Source: a virus (lineage: Duplodnaviria > Caudoviricetes). Taken from it: DNA of 64,000 nucleotides. Position numbers and translations under genes: made by a program. The notes under the pieces were generated by a model. That model was given only the letters and a program-made list of their open reading frames with translations, did no database searches and was not told the DNA's origin. The stretch is from positions 38,595-102,594 of the IMG/VR virus record IMGVR_UViG_3300033120_000865. One strand, given 5' to 3'. This document shows positions 27,315 through 39,400 of the stretch, in pieces. Each line of letters opens with the position of its first letter. The first letter of the stretch is position 1.

Positions 27315-30300
27315 TAATGTTACAGAGAATACTGGTGGTTTACATTCTGATAATTCTTTACAGAATCAACCTAAAAGTAGTCAAAGATTTGTATTAAATG
27401 CAATTAATGAAACTGAACAAGGAGATGAATTCTATAGAAGTAATGAAGAAAGTAATGAAATATGTGCAGCATTAAAAGAAGATTTTGTACCTATTGGTAA
27501 ATGCTATAAAGGTAATAATGAGACTATTATATATTCAGTAAAGAAAGATAATAGTGTTTCAGAGATTGGTATTCTTAGTAATAGTTGTCAATATACTGTT
27601 CATGTTAATGATGAAAATTCAAGTAGTAATGATAAATTAGGATTTACTGTTGAACATCAAATCCAAGCTACTTATAGATTAAGAAGAGGATGTGAAAGAA
27701 CTACTTATTTTACTGATGATAATAAGAAACCAAGATACTATAATTTTGATAAACCAGAAGATTTTAAAAATGATAATGGTACTTGGGCAGGTAGAAAATT
27801 TAATTTATTTAAAGAGTATAATAAAATACCTAAATTCAAATCAGTTCAAGTAATAGATTCTGGTGGTGTTATAGAACCAGGAAGTGTAAATATCTCTATT
27901 AGATATGTAGATGAAGGTTTAAATCCATCTGAATGGATTATTTCTTCTCCTATAATAAATATTTATAATGACTCTCAAACTGAGGATTTTTTAAATATAA
28001 GAGGAAGTATAAATTCTGATACAGATTATATTAATTTTCCAGCAACATCTAAGTCTATTAAAATAGAATTAGATAACCTAGATGATAATTATCCTTTCTA
28101 TCAGTTAGCTTTTATTGAAGCAACAAGTGGTAATGGACAAATAACAAAAATAAAATACACTGACACTATTCCAACATCTAAAGATTACTTTATATATACT
28201 GGAGAAAACATATCTACAATAGGAACTGAAGAAGAAATATTATTTTTTAATGATATTATCTACAGAGCTAATTCTATTGAACAAATTGAAAATAGATTAA
28301 TACTAGCAAATACTGAAGGAAAGAGTGTAGATTTTTGTAAACTTCAGAAGTATGCAAGTAAGATAAAAGCAGATGTTATAACAAAAAAAATTATAGTAAA
28401 CCAGATTCAAGACCCAAGAAATGCAAAAAATCCAACAATGCATTTTGGAGATATGATTACTGGTGGTACAGGTTACATGCCAGGAGAAATGTATTCCTTT
28501 GGTTTAGTTTATGTATTCTCTGATGGTAGTCTTAGTCCTACTTATCATATACCAGGAAAAAGTAATGATATTAACCCAGATACTATATTTGAATCTGGAG
28601 TGAATACATATCCTATGAGTAATGATAATGAAAGTGAAAATAATACATATATAGATAATAATAATTGTTCTTCTGATGATTATTGGGGGTTAGATTCTGA
28701 AGGTGTATTACTAAAAGGAAAGCCTGTTAGACATCATAGATTTCCTCTTAGAAGTAAGCTTGGTTTACCATTAGTAACTGAAGAAAGTTCTTCTTCTCAA
28801 ACTTTTGATTATTATAAATTAAGTTTTTCAGCTAATGGAACAACTCCTTTACCATGTACACAAGAGATGATAGATGCTGGAAGTTGCTCTACAATAGTAG
28901 TAGCTCCACCATTTCAAGCAAGAGTAAGTTATACTGTTGATGGTTCTCCAGAAACATTAGTAATGAATATAGATACAAATAATATTCCTAATCCAGTAAA
29001 TATAACAGAGTTATCTGCTTTATACAGTTCTAATGTTATTGTTGTCACTCAATTTGAAGAGTCAGATGGAGCTGGTGGTTTTTATACAGTATCATCTTTC
29101 CCATCACCTAAAGGATTAACTTATACTTCTAATATAGTTCCTTCTTCTTTTGATATTAAAGGTAAAGTATATTCAACAGAAATTCTTGGAATTAAATTTT
29201 CAAATGTAGAGATACCTAATCTAATAGATACAAATGGAGAACAAATTATAGGTTACTATATTGTAAGAAATGAAAGAGTTGAGAATGAAAAAACTATATT
29301 AGATAGTGCTGTTCTTACTCCTTCTCTTATAAACAATAAGTATATATCTCATGGTTTATTACAACCACAAATAGGAGATTCAAATAGATTAAGTAAAGAT
29401 ATTTTTGGTTTAATACATCCTGAGCATAAGTTTAATAATAAAGAATATACTAATTATACAAGTATAATACAAGAAGGAAATTTTGATGTAGTACAAAGAT
29501 ATGATAGTAAGACAAGATATAATGATGTTCTTGATGGTTCATCTTATGATTCTAGTATTCATAAGAAAGGAAATGATGATGGAGATAATCAAGATGGTTG
29601 GTGTTTAACAACTGTTAATAGAGATACTCATGTAAAATTTACTCCTAAAACTTCTTTTAATATTTTAGAAGAAGATATTAAAGAAAAGTTTTATTTAAGT
29701 GCTGTACATAGTAGAGATATAAATGATGGTGCAAATACAGTATATAATATAGCAGGAGATAATAAGATTGGTATGATTCAATTAAATGCAAATAATTTAA
29801 TTAATCCTGTAACTGAGAATCTGCCTTATGTATTATTAAAAAGAAAAATTGCTGATTCATATTCTAATTTTAGAACCTTACCTTATTATAAAGATAGTAT
29901 TAATATGGAAACTACTTCTACTACTAATGTGTTTAGTGGTGATACATATGTTTCTCCTATGAGATATACTAATACTTTATTTTGGGATAATAGAGTAGCC
30001 AAAAGAGCTGGAAAAACTTCTGTGTGGAATTATATTATTGGAGCAATTTTAATTGTTGTTGGAGTAGTATTATTAATTTTTGGAGGTTCTGGTGCTTTAG
30101 TTATTGGAGCAGGTATTGCTGTAATAGGTGGTGGTGCTTTATTCTTATCTTCTGGTATTGAAAAAGATGCTCTAGTTAAAGCCTATTATGAAGAGTATGA
30201 TAAAGGATTAAGAGAGACAGTTTTAGATGATTTAATTCAACTATTTTATAGAGATAATATATCACCATTTGGAATAATAAATTATCCTTATAGTAATGAT

Positions 30301-32631
30301 GGACCTTCTGATGATGAAATACAATGGATAGGAGAGACTGTTACAGACCTTTGGTTTGAGTCTCAAATAAATATGTCTCTTAGAAATAAGATGACTTCTG
30401 ATGCACCTACCTTTTTAGATGGACCAGGATTATTAGAGAGTGGTAATACTGAACCTTTAATTGGAAAGGAATACTATGGATTAAATTATGATTTATCTGT
30501 ATCAAGATACCCAGTATCTAAAATGGATAATCACATAAATAAAAAATTACTTGTTTATAATTCTAAAAGAAAGGATAATAGAGGGTATATAGGACACTCT
30601 TTAGGAGAGTGGTATCAGGTTAATCCTGATTATCATAGGATAAATAAACAAAAAATTTATTATCATCTTCCTTTAGAGTATGATTGTTGTTCAGATTGTA
30701 AAGAGAATTTTCCTCATAGATGGCACTGGTCTGAGCAATCTTTTCAAGAAGAATTGACAGATAATTATAGAGTGTTTTTACCTAATAATTATAAAGATTT
30801 AGAAGGAGAGACTGGAGAAATTACTAATATCTTTAAGATAGGTAATAATTTATTTATACATACAGAGGAAGCTTTATATCAAATACCTAGAAACTATCAA
30901 GAAAGAGTTACTGACCAAATTGTATCTTTTATAGGTACAGGTTCTTATGGAGAAATACCTGCTCAGAAAATATTAGATGATGATACAGGAAGTTCAGCAG
31001 GGTCTCAACATAAATGGGGATTAATAAAAACTCCTAATGGTGTCTTCTTTCCAAGTGAAAATCAGAGAAAAATATATCAATTTAATGGACAAAATTTAAA
31101 ACCAATAAGTGATATTGGAATAAGTAATTGGTTTCAAAATAATATGGAAATAAAACTTGATAAGCAATATTATGATGCTAAACAAGAATTATATCCTCAT
31201 AGAAATAATCCATCTAATCCATTAGGGTCTGGATTTATTTCAACTTATGATACAACTAAAGAAAGAATAATTTTTACAAAAAAAGATTTAATTCTTAATC
31301 CTGAGATATTTGAAAATTTAGATTTTGAATTATGTATAAGTAATAATCAAGTAACTTACTTTGCTAATTTTAATGAAACTATACATAATAAAGAATTAGA
31401 TGGTTGGAGATATGAAGGAATAAGTAACTGTAGATTACAATTTAGTAAGACACTACCTGTAGTTACAACAGAAGTTAGAGAAGTACAAGTATGGCATCCA
31501 GAACAAACTATTACTACAGAAGAGCCCAGTGGTTGTGACTATTTATCTTCTGCTGAATATATTTTTACTTATGATGCTTCAGCAGAGTTTAATAGTAATT
31601 CTATTACATATACTTTATGTGGAGATGATACTCCAATTATTCAAAATATTGTTTTAGAAGTTGATGAAGTATTTACAGTGAATTTAAATAATATATGTAT
31701 ATCAGGAACAATTAATGTTACAGGAGATTCTATAATTACAGGAATTGGTGATGAGATATTTGGTACTAATCATGATTGTGAATTTAATACTGTTGTTACT
31801 ATCATACCAGGATTTTATACAACTTCAGAGGAAATAGTAAGTGTCACTACTTTAGAAAAAGTTTTTAGTTATATAGATGGAGTAGTAATAGAAAATGCAA
31901 TACAAGCTAATAATTCTTGGACCATAAGTTATTCATTAAAACAGAATACTTGGACTTCATGGCATTCTTACTTACCTAATTTCTATATTAATGTCCCAGA
32001 GAAATTTTATTCTTGGATTTATGGAAACAATAATATTTGGAAACATAATAGAAAAGGGCATTATCAAACTTATTATGGTGAATTATATCCATTTATATTA
32101 GAGTATGTATCTTTATCAAATCCATTAACTACAAAAATATGGGAATATTTAACACTATTAGTAGAAGCTAAAAAATTTAATTATTCTCTAAATGAATATG
32201 TAGATGTAAATGATGTATTTTTTAATAAATTAATAGCATATAATGCAAGACAATGTTCAGGATTAATTAATATTAAAGTGAAAGATTTTAATATTGATAG
32301 TGAAGATTATTTATATCAACAAATTGAAAATTTAAATAATAATGAAATCATTGTAGATAGAAATGAAAGAAACTGGGCTATCAATGAATTAAGAGATATA
32401 AGAGTTAATTATACAGAACCAATATTTATTTCAGATTTATATTCATTACAAAATGAATATTATATTGATAAAGTTCTTAATAATAATGCAATTGACTATA
32501 ATAAAGACTGGACAGAGCTTGAAAGTTTTAGAGATAAATATTTGGTAGTTAGATTAATATTTGATAAATTTGCTGATACAAAAATGATTATGAATTTTTC
32601 AGTTGAAAATGAATCACAATCCTTTAGATAA
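27298..32631 (+). CDS. tail stabilization / muzzle protein
   Basis: 1777 aa; YFTDD...PRYYN, RLILANT, TISYS...WTSWHSYLP, FRDKYLVVRL. Confidence 0.7.
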   Translation: MDINTNNVTENTGGLHSDNSLQNQPKSSQRFVLNAINETEQGDEFYRSNEESNEICAALKEDFVPIGKCYKGNNETIIYSVKKDNSVSEIGILSNSCQYTVHVNDENSSSNDKLGFTVEHQIQATYRLRRGCERTTYFTDDNKKPRYYNFDKPEDFKNDNGTWAGRKFNLFKEYNKIPKFKSVQVIDSGGVIEPGSVNISIRYVDEGLNPSEWIISSPIINIYNDSQTEDFLNIRGSINSDTDYINFPATSKSIKIELDNLDDNYPFYQLAFIEATSGNGQITKIKYTDTIPTSKDYFIYTGENISTIGTEEEILFFNDIIYRANSIEQIENRLILANTEGKSVDFCKLQKYASKIKADVITKKIIVNQIQDPRNAKNPTMHFGDMITGGTGYMPGEMYSFGLVYVFSDGSLSPTYHIPGKSNDINPDTIFESGVNTYPMSNDNESENNTYIDNNNCSSDDYWGLDSEGVLLKGKPVRHHRFPLRSKLGLPLVTEESSSSQTFDYYKLSFSANGTTPLPCTQEMIDAGSCSTIVVAPPFQARVSYTVDGSPETLVMNIDTNNIPNPVNITELSALYSSNVIVVTQFEESDGAGGFYTVSSFPSPKGLTYTSNIVPSSFDIKGKVYSTEILGIKFSNVEIPNLIDTNGEQIIGYYIVRNERVENEKTILDSAVLTPSLINNKYISHGLLQPQIGDSNRLSKDIFGLIHPEHKFNNKEYTNYTSIIQEGNFDVVQRYDSKTRYNDVLDGSSYDSSIHKKGNDDGDNQDGWCLTTVNRDTHVKFTPKTSFNILEEDIKEKFYLSAVHSRDINDGANTVYNIAGDNKIGMIQLNANNLINPVTENLPYVLLKRKIADSYSNFRTLPYYKDSINMETTSTTNVFSGDTYVSPMRYTNTLFWDNRVAKRAGKTSVWNYIIGAILIVVGVVLLIFGGSGALVIGAGIAVIGGGALFLSSGIEKDALVKAYYEEYDKGLRETVLDDLIQLFYRDNISPFGIINYPYSNDGPSDDEIQWIGETVTDLWFESQINMSLRNKMTSDAPTFLDGPGLLESGNTEPLIGKEYYGLNYDLSVSRYPVSKMDNHINKKLLVYNSKRKDNRGYIGHSLGEWYQVNPDYHRINKQKIYYHLPLEYDCCSDCKENFPHRWHWSEQSFQEELTDNYRVFLPNNYKDLEGETGEITNIFKIGNNLFIHTEEALYQIPRNYQERVTDQIVSFIGTGSYGEIPAQKILDDDTGSSAGSQHKWGLIKTPNGVFFPSENQRKIYQFNGQNLKPISDIGISNWFQNNMEIKLDKQYYDAKQELYPHRNNPSNPLGSGFISTYDTTKERIIFTKKDLILNPEIFENLDFELCISNNQVTYFANFNETIHNKELDGWRYEGISNCRLQFSKTLPVVTTEVREVQVWHPEQTITTEEPSGCDYLSSAEYIFTYDASAEFNSNSITYTLCGDDTPIIQNIVLEVDEVFTVNLNNICISGTINVTGDSIITGIGDEIFGTNHDCEFNTVVTIIPGFYTTSEEIVSVTTLEKVFSYIDGVVIENAIQANNSWTISYSLKQNTWTSWHSYLPNFYINVPEKFYSWIYGNNNIWKHNRKGHYQTYYGELYPFILEYVSLSNPLTTKIWEYLTLLVEAKKFNYSLNEYVDVNDVFFNKLIAYNARQCSGLINIKVKDFNIDSEDYLYQQIENLNNNEIIVDRNERNWAINELRDIRVNYTEPIFISDLYSLQNEYYIDKVLNNNAIDYNKDWTELESFRDKYLVVRLIFDKFADTKMIMNFSVENESQSFR

Positions 32632-32659
32632 AGATTAATGTTAACCAATTCAGATTAAA

Positions 32660-34831
32660 ATGAAACAACCAAATAAAGATAAAAAAATTAAGGTCAGTTC
32701 TGAAGATAATGATTTTATCACAAATTGGTATAAAACTAGAAAGACAATCTTAGGTAATGATGGGAAACCAACCAATTTACCTAAGATTCCTCTTAATTTT
32801 AATCCTGAGATAATCGAACAAAATTTTAGTAATTCAGGCACACTAGGAGAATATAATCCAGCAACAAAGCAAATAGGAGTAAGTCCTAATTATAAAAATA
32901 TTCCTGGTATTCTTTCTCATGAAACAAATCATTTTGTTTTAGACCAATATAAAAGACCTGATTTTAGAAATATTGTAGCTGCTCCAATTGAAAAAATTAT
33001 CAATGAAGATACTGAGAATAAAGTAAAAGATTTAGGAGACTATGGTAATTACTTATTAGACCCAGATGAAGTTCATTCAAGATTAATGCAATTCAGACAA
33101 AATAATAAATTTAAGCCTGATGAAATTATTGATGCAAAAAGATTAAAAGATTCTAATAATAGAGAACTTTTTAAATTAGATATGTTTGATGATAATCAAA
33201 TGTTAGATTTATTAAATAAGACAGTTCAACTTGATAATACTGAAAGTAGTAAAGTTCAGACAGCTAAATATGGTGGGACTATAAATTCAAAAAAAATGAG
33301 AAAAAATAAAAAAACTAACTTGCCTAAATATGAATTTGGTACTTATGTTGATAATCCATCTACTGATTTAGCTCAAAATCAAATCAATTTAGAAAAGGCA
33401 AAATTAAAAGCAAGTAAAAATCCTTGGGTTCAAGGACTAGATATATTTGGTAATTTAGCTATGCAAGTTGGAACCTCTATGATGAATAAAGGTATGTCTA
33501 ATGGAGAAGGAGCAGATGGTAAAGGTGTAGCTGGATTCTTAGCTGGAAATAGTGGTACTATTCAATCAGGTCTAAATACTTCACAAACTTTTGCAAATTC
33601 TGGTGGTTTTGCTTTTGGTGGCAATGTACCAGGAAGTAAAGTAGAAGTAGAGGGAGAAGAAGTAGGTCAAACTCCAAATGGTGATGTAATGCAATTTTCA
33701 GGACCTTCTCATGAAGCAGGTGGTATTCCAATAGCTTTACCAGAAGGTACAGAAATATATTCTAAGAGAATTAAAGTTGATGGTGTTTCTATGGCAGATA
33801 GAAAAAAGAAAAGAGAGAGTAAGAGTTTAAGTTTAGAATCTTTACTTGAGAAAAATCATACTGATACTTTACTTAAGAATTCATTATCAAGAACAAAACA
33901 GAATAATGAACTTGAAGAAGTTAATGATAATAAAATACAACAACTTGTAAAAATGTTAATGGAAGGAAATGGAGATGCAGAGCAACATGCTTATGGTACT
34001 CCTGTAGGTCCTGGAAAAAGAAATAATGAGTTTAGTACAGATATTGATGGTTTCAGTCCTTATAATCCAAATGTTGATATGGCTTATAGAGTTAATGAAG
34101 ATATGCAAACTATTGGAGGTTCTCCAATGAGTACAGCTCCATTAGATTTTAATGCAATCAAAGCTGATGGTAAAAAAGGTAGTGGATCAACTTTAGATGA
34201 TTTGATTGGTGGTGTGACTGCTGGAGATGCTATGGGTATTTTTGGTAATCTTTATCAAGCCTTTGCTCCAGCTAGAGAAACTCAAAAAAATAGAGCAGGA
34301 GACACTCCAAATATAAATGCTTTTAAAGATTATGGGAAAGATGGTTTAGATGTTTTAGATGAAAGTAAAGGTTATGTTAATCAAGTAAGAGATGCAAAAT
34401 TAAAAGATTTAGAATTGTCAAGAAATGCAGCAATCAAATCAAGTAGAAATGGTGCAAGAGGAATTAATACTTCAAGAGCACTTAATTTAGCAACTGATGC
34501 AAATATTAATAATGCTAAATCTGATACTTATAGTCAATTTGCACAAGAGATGTTAGGCATTCTTGGACAAGAGGCAGGTATGAAAAATCAACAAGACCAA
34601 GTGGTTATGGGTGGTGAACAAGGTAGAGATTTAGCTGATAGACAAGATAGAGATAATTTCTTTACTCAAACTGCTGCTGATAAAGCAGCTATTGGAGAAG
34701 GACTTTCAAAAACTGGTGGTAATTTAAATGATATTAAACAAAGAAAAGTTATAGAGAATTTAATTAATCAACTATCTGCTTATGGAATTACAGTTAACTC
34801 AAGTGGTAAATTATCTAATAAGAAAAAATAA
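32660..34831 (+). CDS. virion cargo/ejection protein with N-terminal zincin (HExxH) domain
   Basis: LSHETNH and P.EVHSRLMQFR; EVEGEE...GPSHEAGGI. Confidence 0.6.
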   Translation: MKQPNKDKKIKVSSEDNDFITNWYKTRKTILGNDGKPTNLPKIPLNFNPEIIEQNFSNSGTLGEYNPATKQIGVSPNYKNIPGILSHETNHFVLDQYKRPDFRNIVAAPIEKIINEDTENKVKDLGDYGNYLLDPDEVHSRLMQFRQNNKFKPDEIIDAKRLKDSNNRELFKLDMFDDNQMLDLLNKTVQLDNTESSKVQTAKYGGTINSKKMRKNKKTNLPKYEFGTYVDNPSTDLAQNQINLEKAKLKASKNPWVQGLDIFGNLAMQVGTSMMNKGMSNGEGADGKGVAGFLAGNSGTIQSGLNTSQTFANSGGFAFGGNVPGSKVEVEGEEVGQTPNGDVMQFSGPSHEAGGIPIALPEGTEIYSKRIKVDGVSMADRKKKRESKSLSLESLLEKNHTDTLLKNSLSRTKQNNELEEVNDNKIQQLVKMLMEGNGDAEQHAYGTPVGPGKRNNEFSTDIDGFSPYNPNVDMAYRVNEDMQTIGGSPMSTAPLDFNAIKADGKKGSGSTLDDLIGGVTAGDAMGIFGNLYQAFAPARETQKNRAGDTPNINAFKDYGKDGLDVLDESKGYVNQVRDAKLKDLELSRNAAIKSSRNGARGINTSRALNLATDANINNAKSDTYSQFAQEMLGILGQEAGMKNQQDQVVMGGEQGRDLADRQDRDNFFTQTAADKAAIGEGLSKTGGNLNDIKQRKVIENLINQLSAYGITVNSSGKLSNKKK

Positions 34832-36450
34832 TGGGAAGATTTTATAAAACAGTTCAAAGAAATTATGTTGATAATTTTATATATCAACCTCCTGTTGAGT
34901 TAATGACTAAAACAATTGGTAATGCAGACAATCAAATTAAAGAAAATGAAACTGCATTACTTTCTTTATATGATAAACTGCAAGCAAATTCTTTGAAGGT
35001 AGATGAACCAAGATTAAAAGAAATTATTGGAGGTTATCAATCACAAATTGAAGAGATGGCAGGTAAGATTCAAACAGACCCTTTAGCTTTTAGAAAAGAA
35101 ATTGGTAATATTAGACAACTTAGTAGAACAATCAATAATGATTGGACACAAGGAGAAGTATCAGCTATACAAGGTAACTATGGTGCTAGAGCTAAATTTG
35201 TTAAAGACCATTTAGAAAAAACTAAAAAAGAAAAAGGTTATGTAACTCAAGATGATGTTACTTTTGCTACTAATAAGTTTGATACAGATTTTAATAAAAG
35301 TGGAGGAACAGGATATAAAGGACCTGATAACTATAATCAATATAAAGCAGAAGATTTAAATCCATTTGTTAATATTGAAGAAAGGGCTATGGAGACTGCT
35401 AAAGGTTGGTTAGCTGATAGTGTTACTAAAAATAATGCTTATACTGATGGTAAATATATCTACAAATCAAAAGATATGAAAGAAGTTGTTCCTTATAAAG
35501 AAGTTAAACAAGGAATTCTTTCTTCTATGGTTAATGATAAAGAATTAATGGCTTATTATGGACAGCAAGTAAGATTAGGTAGATTTTCTCAAGAAGAAGT
35601 GGCAGGTAAATTAAGTCAAATGGCTGATGTTGCTGCAAACAAATATAGTTATTCTAAAACTGAAAAAGGAAAAACAGGAATGGATGAAAATCAGTTTGCT
35701 CTACAAAAAGATAGTCAAGCATTCCAAATGAAAATGAAGATGATGGATTGGGGTAGAGAAGATAAGAAAGAACTTGCTGGTCCAGCAATTGATGCAAATA
35801 TTAGAACAGGAGAACAATTAGATATTTTAAATAAAAGTTTTAGTAATTCAATGAATGTTCTTGGTAATAAACTTGGTGTACAACCCTCTCAATTAGATGG
35901 AAGATTGAGACCAAAAGATATTAGAAGTAAAATTGAAACATTAAAAAGATTAGCAAGAACTTCAGCACAGAAAAAAGCTGTTGACCAGTATTCTACTCAA
36001 TTAAATAGTATTACTTCACAATATAACTCTGGACAAGTTAAAGCATCATGGGCAGGATTTGGTTCAGTACATGGTACTGGTGTTGCAGCAAGTGCAATGA
36101 AACAAATGGAAAAATATACTAAAGATGCAAGAAATCTTTATGATAAACCTATGGATTTTAAGATTAATGGTAAAACATTTAAAGATGCAAATCTATATGA
36201 TATATATAATAATCCATCTAAGTATGGCTTAAAACCAGATGCCTTTGTAAAAGAGGATGAAATCACTGGAGAGAAAGTAAAAAGAGATATTAAAGAAGTG
36301 TTTGTTCAAGGTTCACAAGTTCCAATTATGGTAAGTGATAGAAAAGAAGATTGGCAATATAATGATATGCTTTTTGAGTTTGAAGGTGATGACTTAAACA
36401 TTGAAGGTCAAACAAGTTTTGGGAATTTAGGAATTGATTATACAAAATAA
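34831..36450 (+). CDS. virion cargo/ejection protein
   Basis: 539-aa helical protein preceding the RNAP gene. Confidence 0.55.
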   Translation: MGRFYKTVQRNYVDNFIYQPPVELMTKTIGNADNQIKENETALLSLYDKLQANSLKVDEPRLKEIIGGYQSQIEEMAGKIQTDPLAFRKEIGNIRQLSRTINNDWTQGEVSAIQGNYGARAKFVKDHLEKTKKEKGYVTQDDVTFATNKFDTDFNKSGGTGYKGPDNYNQYKAEDLNPFVNIEERAMETAKGWLADSVTKNNAYTDGKYIYKSKDMKEVVPYKEVKQGILSSMVNDKELMAYYGQQVRLGRFSQEEVAGKLSQMADVAANKYSYSKTEKGKTGMDENQFALQKDSQAFQMKMKMMDWGREDKKELAGPAIDANIRTGEQLDILNKSFSNSMNVLGNKLGVQPSQLDGRLRPKDIRSKIETLKRLARTSAQKKAVDQYSTQLNSITSQYNSGQVKASWAGFGSVHGTGVAASAMKQMEKYTKDARNLYDKPMDFKINGKTFKDANLYDIYNNPSKYGLKPDAFVKEDEITGEKVKRDIKEVFVQGSQVPIMVSDRKEDWQYNDMLFEFEGDDLNIEGQTSFGNLGIDYTK

Positions 36451-36461
36451 AATAAACATAT

Positions 36462-39400
36462 ATGTCTAAAAAAAGATATTCTGACCCTACATATCAAAAT
36501 GTAGTGAATAAAAATTATACTGGAAATGTAGATGAAACTGGAGTAAATGCCAATAAAGTAATTACTAATATACTTCAAGGTGAAGATAATAAAACTAATT
36601 CAATTTCTCATCCTGAAGGGTGGGATGATTTGTTAATTCAAGCTGATAATCAAGAACAAAAAGCAATACAAGAGAAAGCTGATAATGCAAAAATTATTGA
36701 AGAACTTGGTAAAGAACAACAGCATTTTGATTTAGCTAAACAAAATAAGACTCAAGAATCTTGGTATTCTGGTATTGTTAACTTCTTTGATGCTTTTGAA
36801 GATAGAAATACACTTGCAGGTTATACTAATGAAAATGGGAAGTGGTATAAAAAAGAATCTGAAAGTGGTAGTTTTTTTGGAAAACAACTTCATAAAGAAG
36901 TTCCATTTGAAGAAGTACAAAATCTTATAGACAAACAAGCTAATAAGATGACAACTTCTGGTGCTTACCAAGCAGGTGTTGGTATAGATAATGTATTGAA
37001 TAAAGCTTGGGAAGATGGTGTTGTTAATGGTATTAAAGGATTAGGAAGTTTAATTACAAGAGGTGTAACAGGTAATTGGGATAATGTAAATGATGCTCAA
37101 ATAAAATCTCTATGGAATAGAACTAAATATTATGGTGCTAACACTTTAGATTTATTTAATGATGCTATAACAAGTGCTGATGCTGGTTTAGAAAAAGAAG
37201 CTGAAGACCCTAATAGTCCTTTTTCATTTTTAATGAGTAATAAAGAACAAGATGTTAGAAACTCTAAATATGATAAAGAATATAAAAATATTCAAGTTGA
37301 AGGTCAAAAATCTTTAGATACAAGATTTGAAGAAGAAAAGAAAAGAAGAGCTTCAGGAGATAAATTATTTATTGATAAAATATATGATATGTCTGGTGTT
37401 GCTGAAGATAATGAATATAGAAATCAACAAACTCTAATGAAACAAACTATTTCTGAGAGAGCTTTAGAACTTGAAAATAGAAAGAAAAAATCATTCAGTA
37501 ATGTGGATGATGTTATTAATCCTGGTACTTTTAAATATGTAGATGATTCCAAAGGAATTAATATGGATTTACCATTGGAGATGTTAGGTGGAGATGATGG
37601 AAAATCTAAAAGTGTATGGGATGTTAAAAAATTAGTTATTGATGCTTCTGGTAAACCTGTATTAGATGAAAAAAATTCTCCAATATATGCTGATAAATAT
37701 TCATTTACTGAGAAATTAGCCAAGTCTAATTGGGATGTAATGAGTGATGCTTATTATTTACAAGATGATTTTGCTCAAGGTGCTGGTACTGCTTTAGGAT
37801 TTGTTATTGGTGGTAAAGGTACTAATGCTCTTGTAGAAGGTGTTACTGAAGGAATTGGTAAAGTGGCTAATGTTGCAGCTAAAGGATTTAATCTTGAAAA
37901 TAAGTTGTTTAATTATACTAATAAAATATTAAGTAAAACAAGTCAAGTTACTGAACCTTTTGGTAAAACAATTAATACTGTTGATAATATTGCATTTAAG
38001 AAAGCAGTAAATGTTGTGAATGACAAAGTATCAAGAGCAATAAATACTACTGCTCAATCATATATTATGACTGATAGTGAATCTGAAACAATTGGAACAC
38101 AAGTTCAAAAAACTGTATTAGATGAACAAATTGATAAATATGCAAATATTAATATTAATGGTATTGTAAATGATTTAAAACAAAATGGTAAATTTTCAAG
38201 TGATTCTACTTTATTTTTACAAGCTAAAATGCAAGCAGAAACTTTAAGAAAAAAATGGGCAGAAGAAAATCCTAAACTATTTAATGAAGTATTACTACAA
38301 GCTCAACTAGCTAAAGAACAAGCTAGAGGAATTAATAATATTAACTTTATAAATAATATAACTTCAGCAGGTTTATTTGTTAAAGGTAAGTCTTTTGCAA
38401 GAAATCTAATTGATAATCCATTTTCAAAAAAAGCTTTAATGAAAAGTGCATGGACTTTATCTCATGAGATGGTTCAAGAAGGTTTGATAGAAGAAGGTTT
38501 AATAAATGGATTTGCACAAAAAGCAGGTGAAGAAACTGGAAGAATGAAATTTTATGACACTTCTGATTTTATGAAGAATGATGTTGGTTCTGCTGATTTT
38601 GCTGAGAATGTTTTTGCTGGTGCTCTACTTGGTGGATTACAAACAGGTGGAACTAAAGCAGTAAATGTTGTTAGTGAATATGAACATTTTAAAGACCAGA
38701 AAAAAACAGTGAATGAATTGTCTTCTATTGGTTCATTGGATATAAAAGAAAATATTAAAAAAGTAATTGAATATTCATTAGATAAAAATAATAATGAAGT
38801 TGTTGCTCAAAAAATGAATGATTTACTAGCAGAAGGTAAAGAAGCTGAAGCAAATACTTTAGCTGATACTTTATTACTTAACAAGTCTGTAAAAGCAGCT
38901 AATACTGGAACAACTGAAGTGTTAAATAAATCATTACAAGAGTTAATGAAAAATGAAGATTTAACTCCTGAAGATAAACAAGAATTACAAAAAGCAATTA
39001 CTTTTAATAATAAAATTGCTGATACTTATGATGCTCATATTCAATACAATAATAAAAAAGATATTATTGAAAATAGAGGTAATAAAGAATTACTTGAAAA
39101 TTATAAACAAGAAATTATTCAATCTCTTTCTGATATTGAAATGGACTATAATAATAATTTAGAAAGACAAATTAGAAAAGAGATAGGTCCAGAAAGTACT
39201 TATGCAAGTGATAATTATAATGAGATATTTGAAAATAAAAAACAATCTTCTAAATTACCTAGTGACCATAGAGCTTCAGTTGAATTAGCTAATGCTAAGA
39301 AACAAATTGAAGAGTTGCAAAATACTCAAGATGAATTAGATGATAAATATGATTATCTTGTTTCAGATAAAGGACAACAAGAATATGCTGTAAAAATTAA

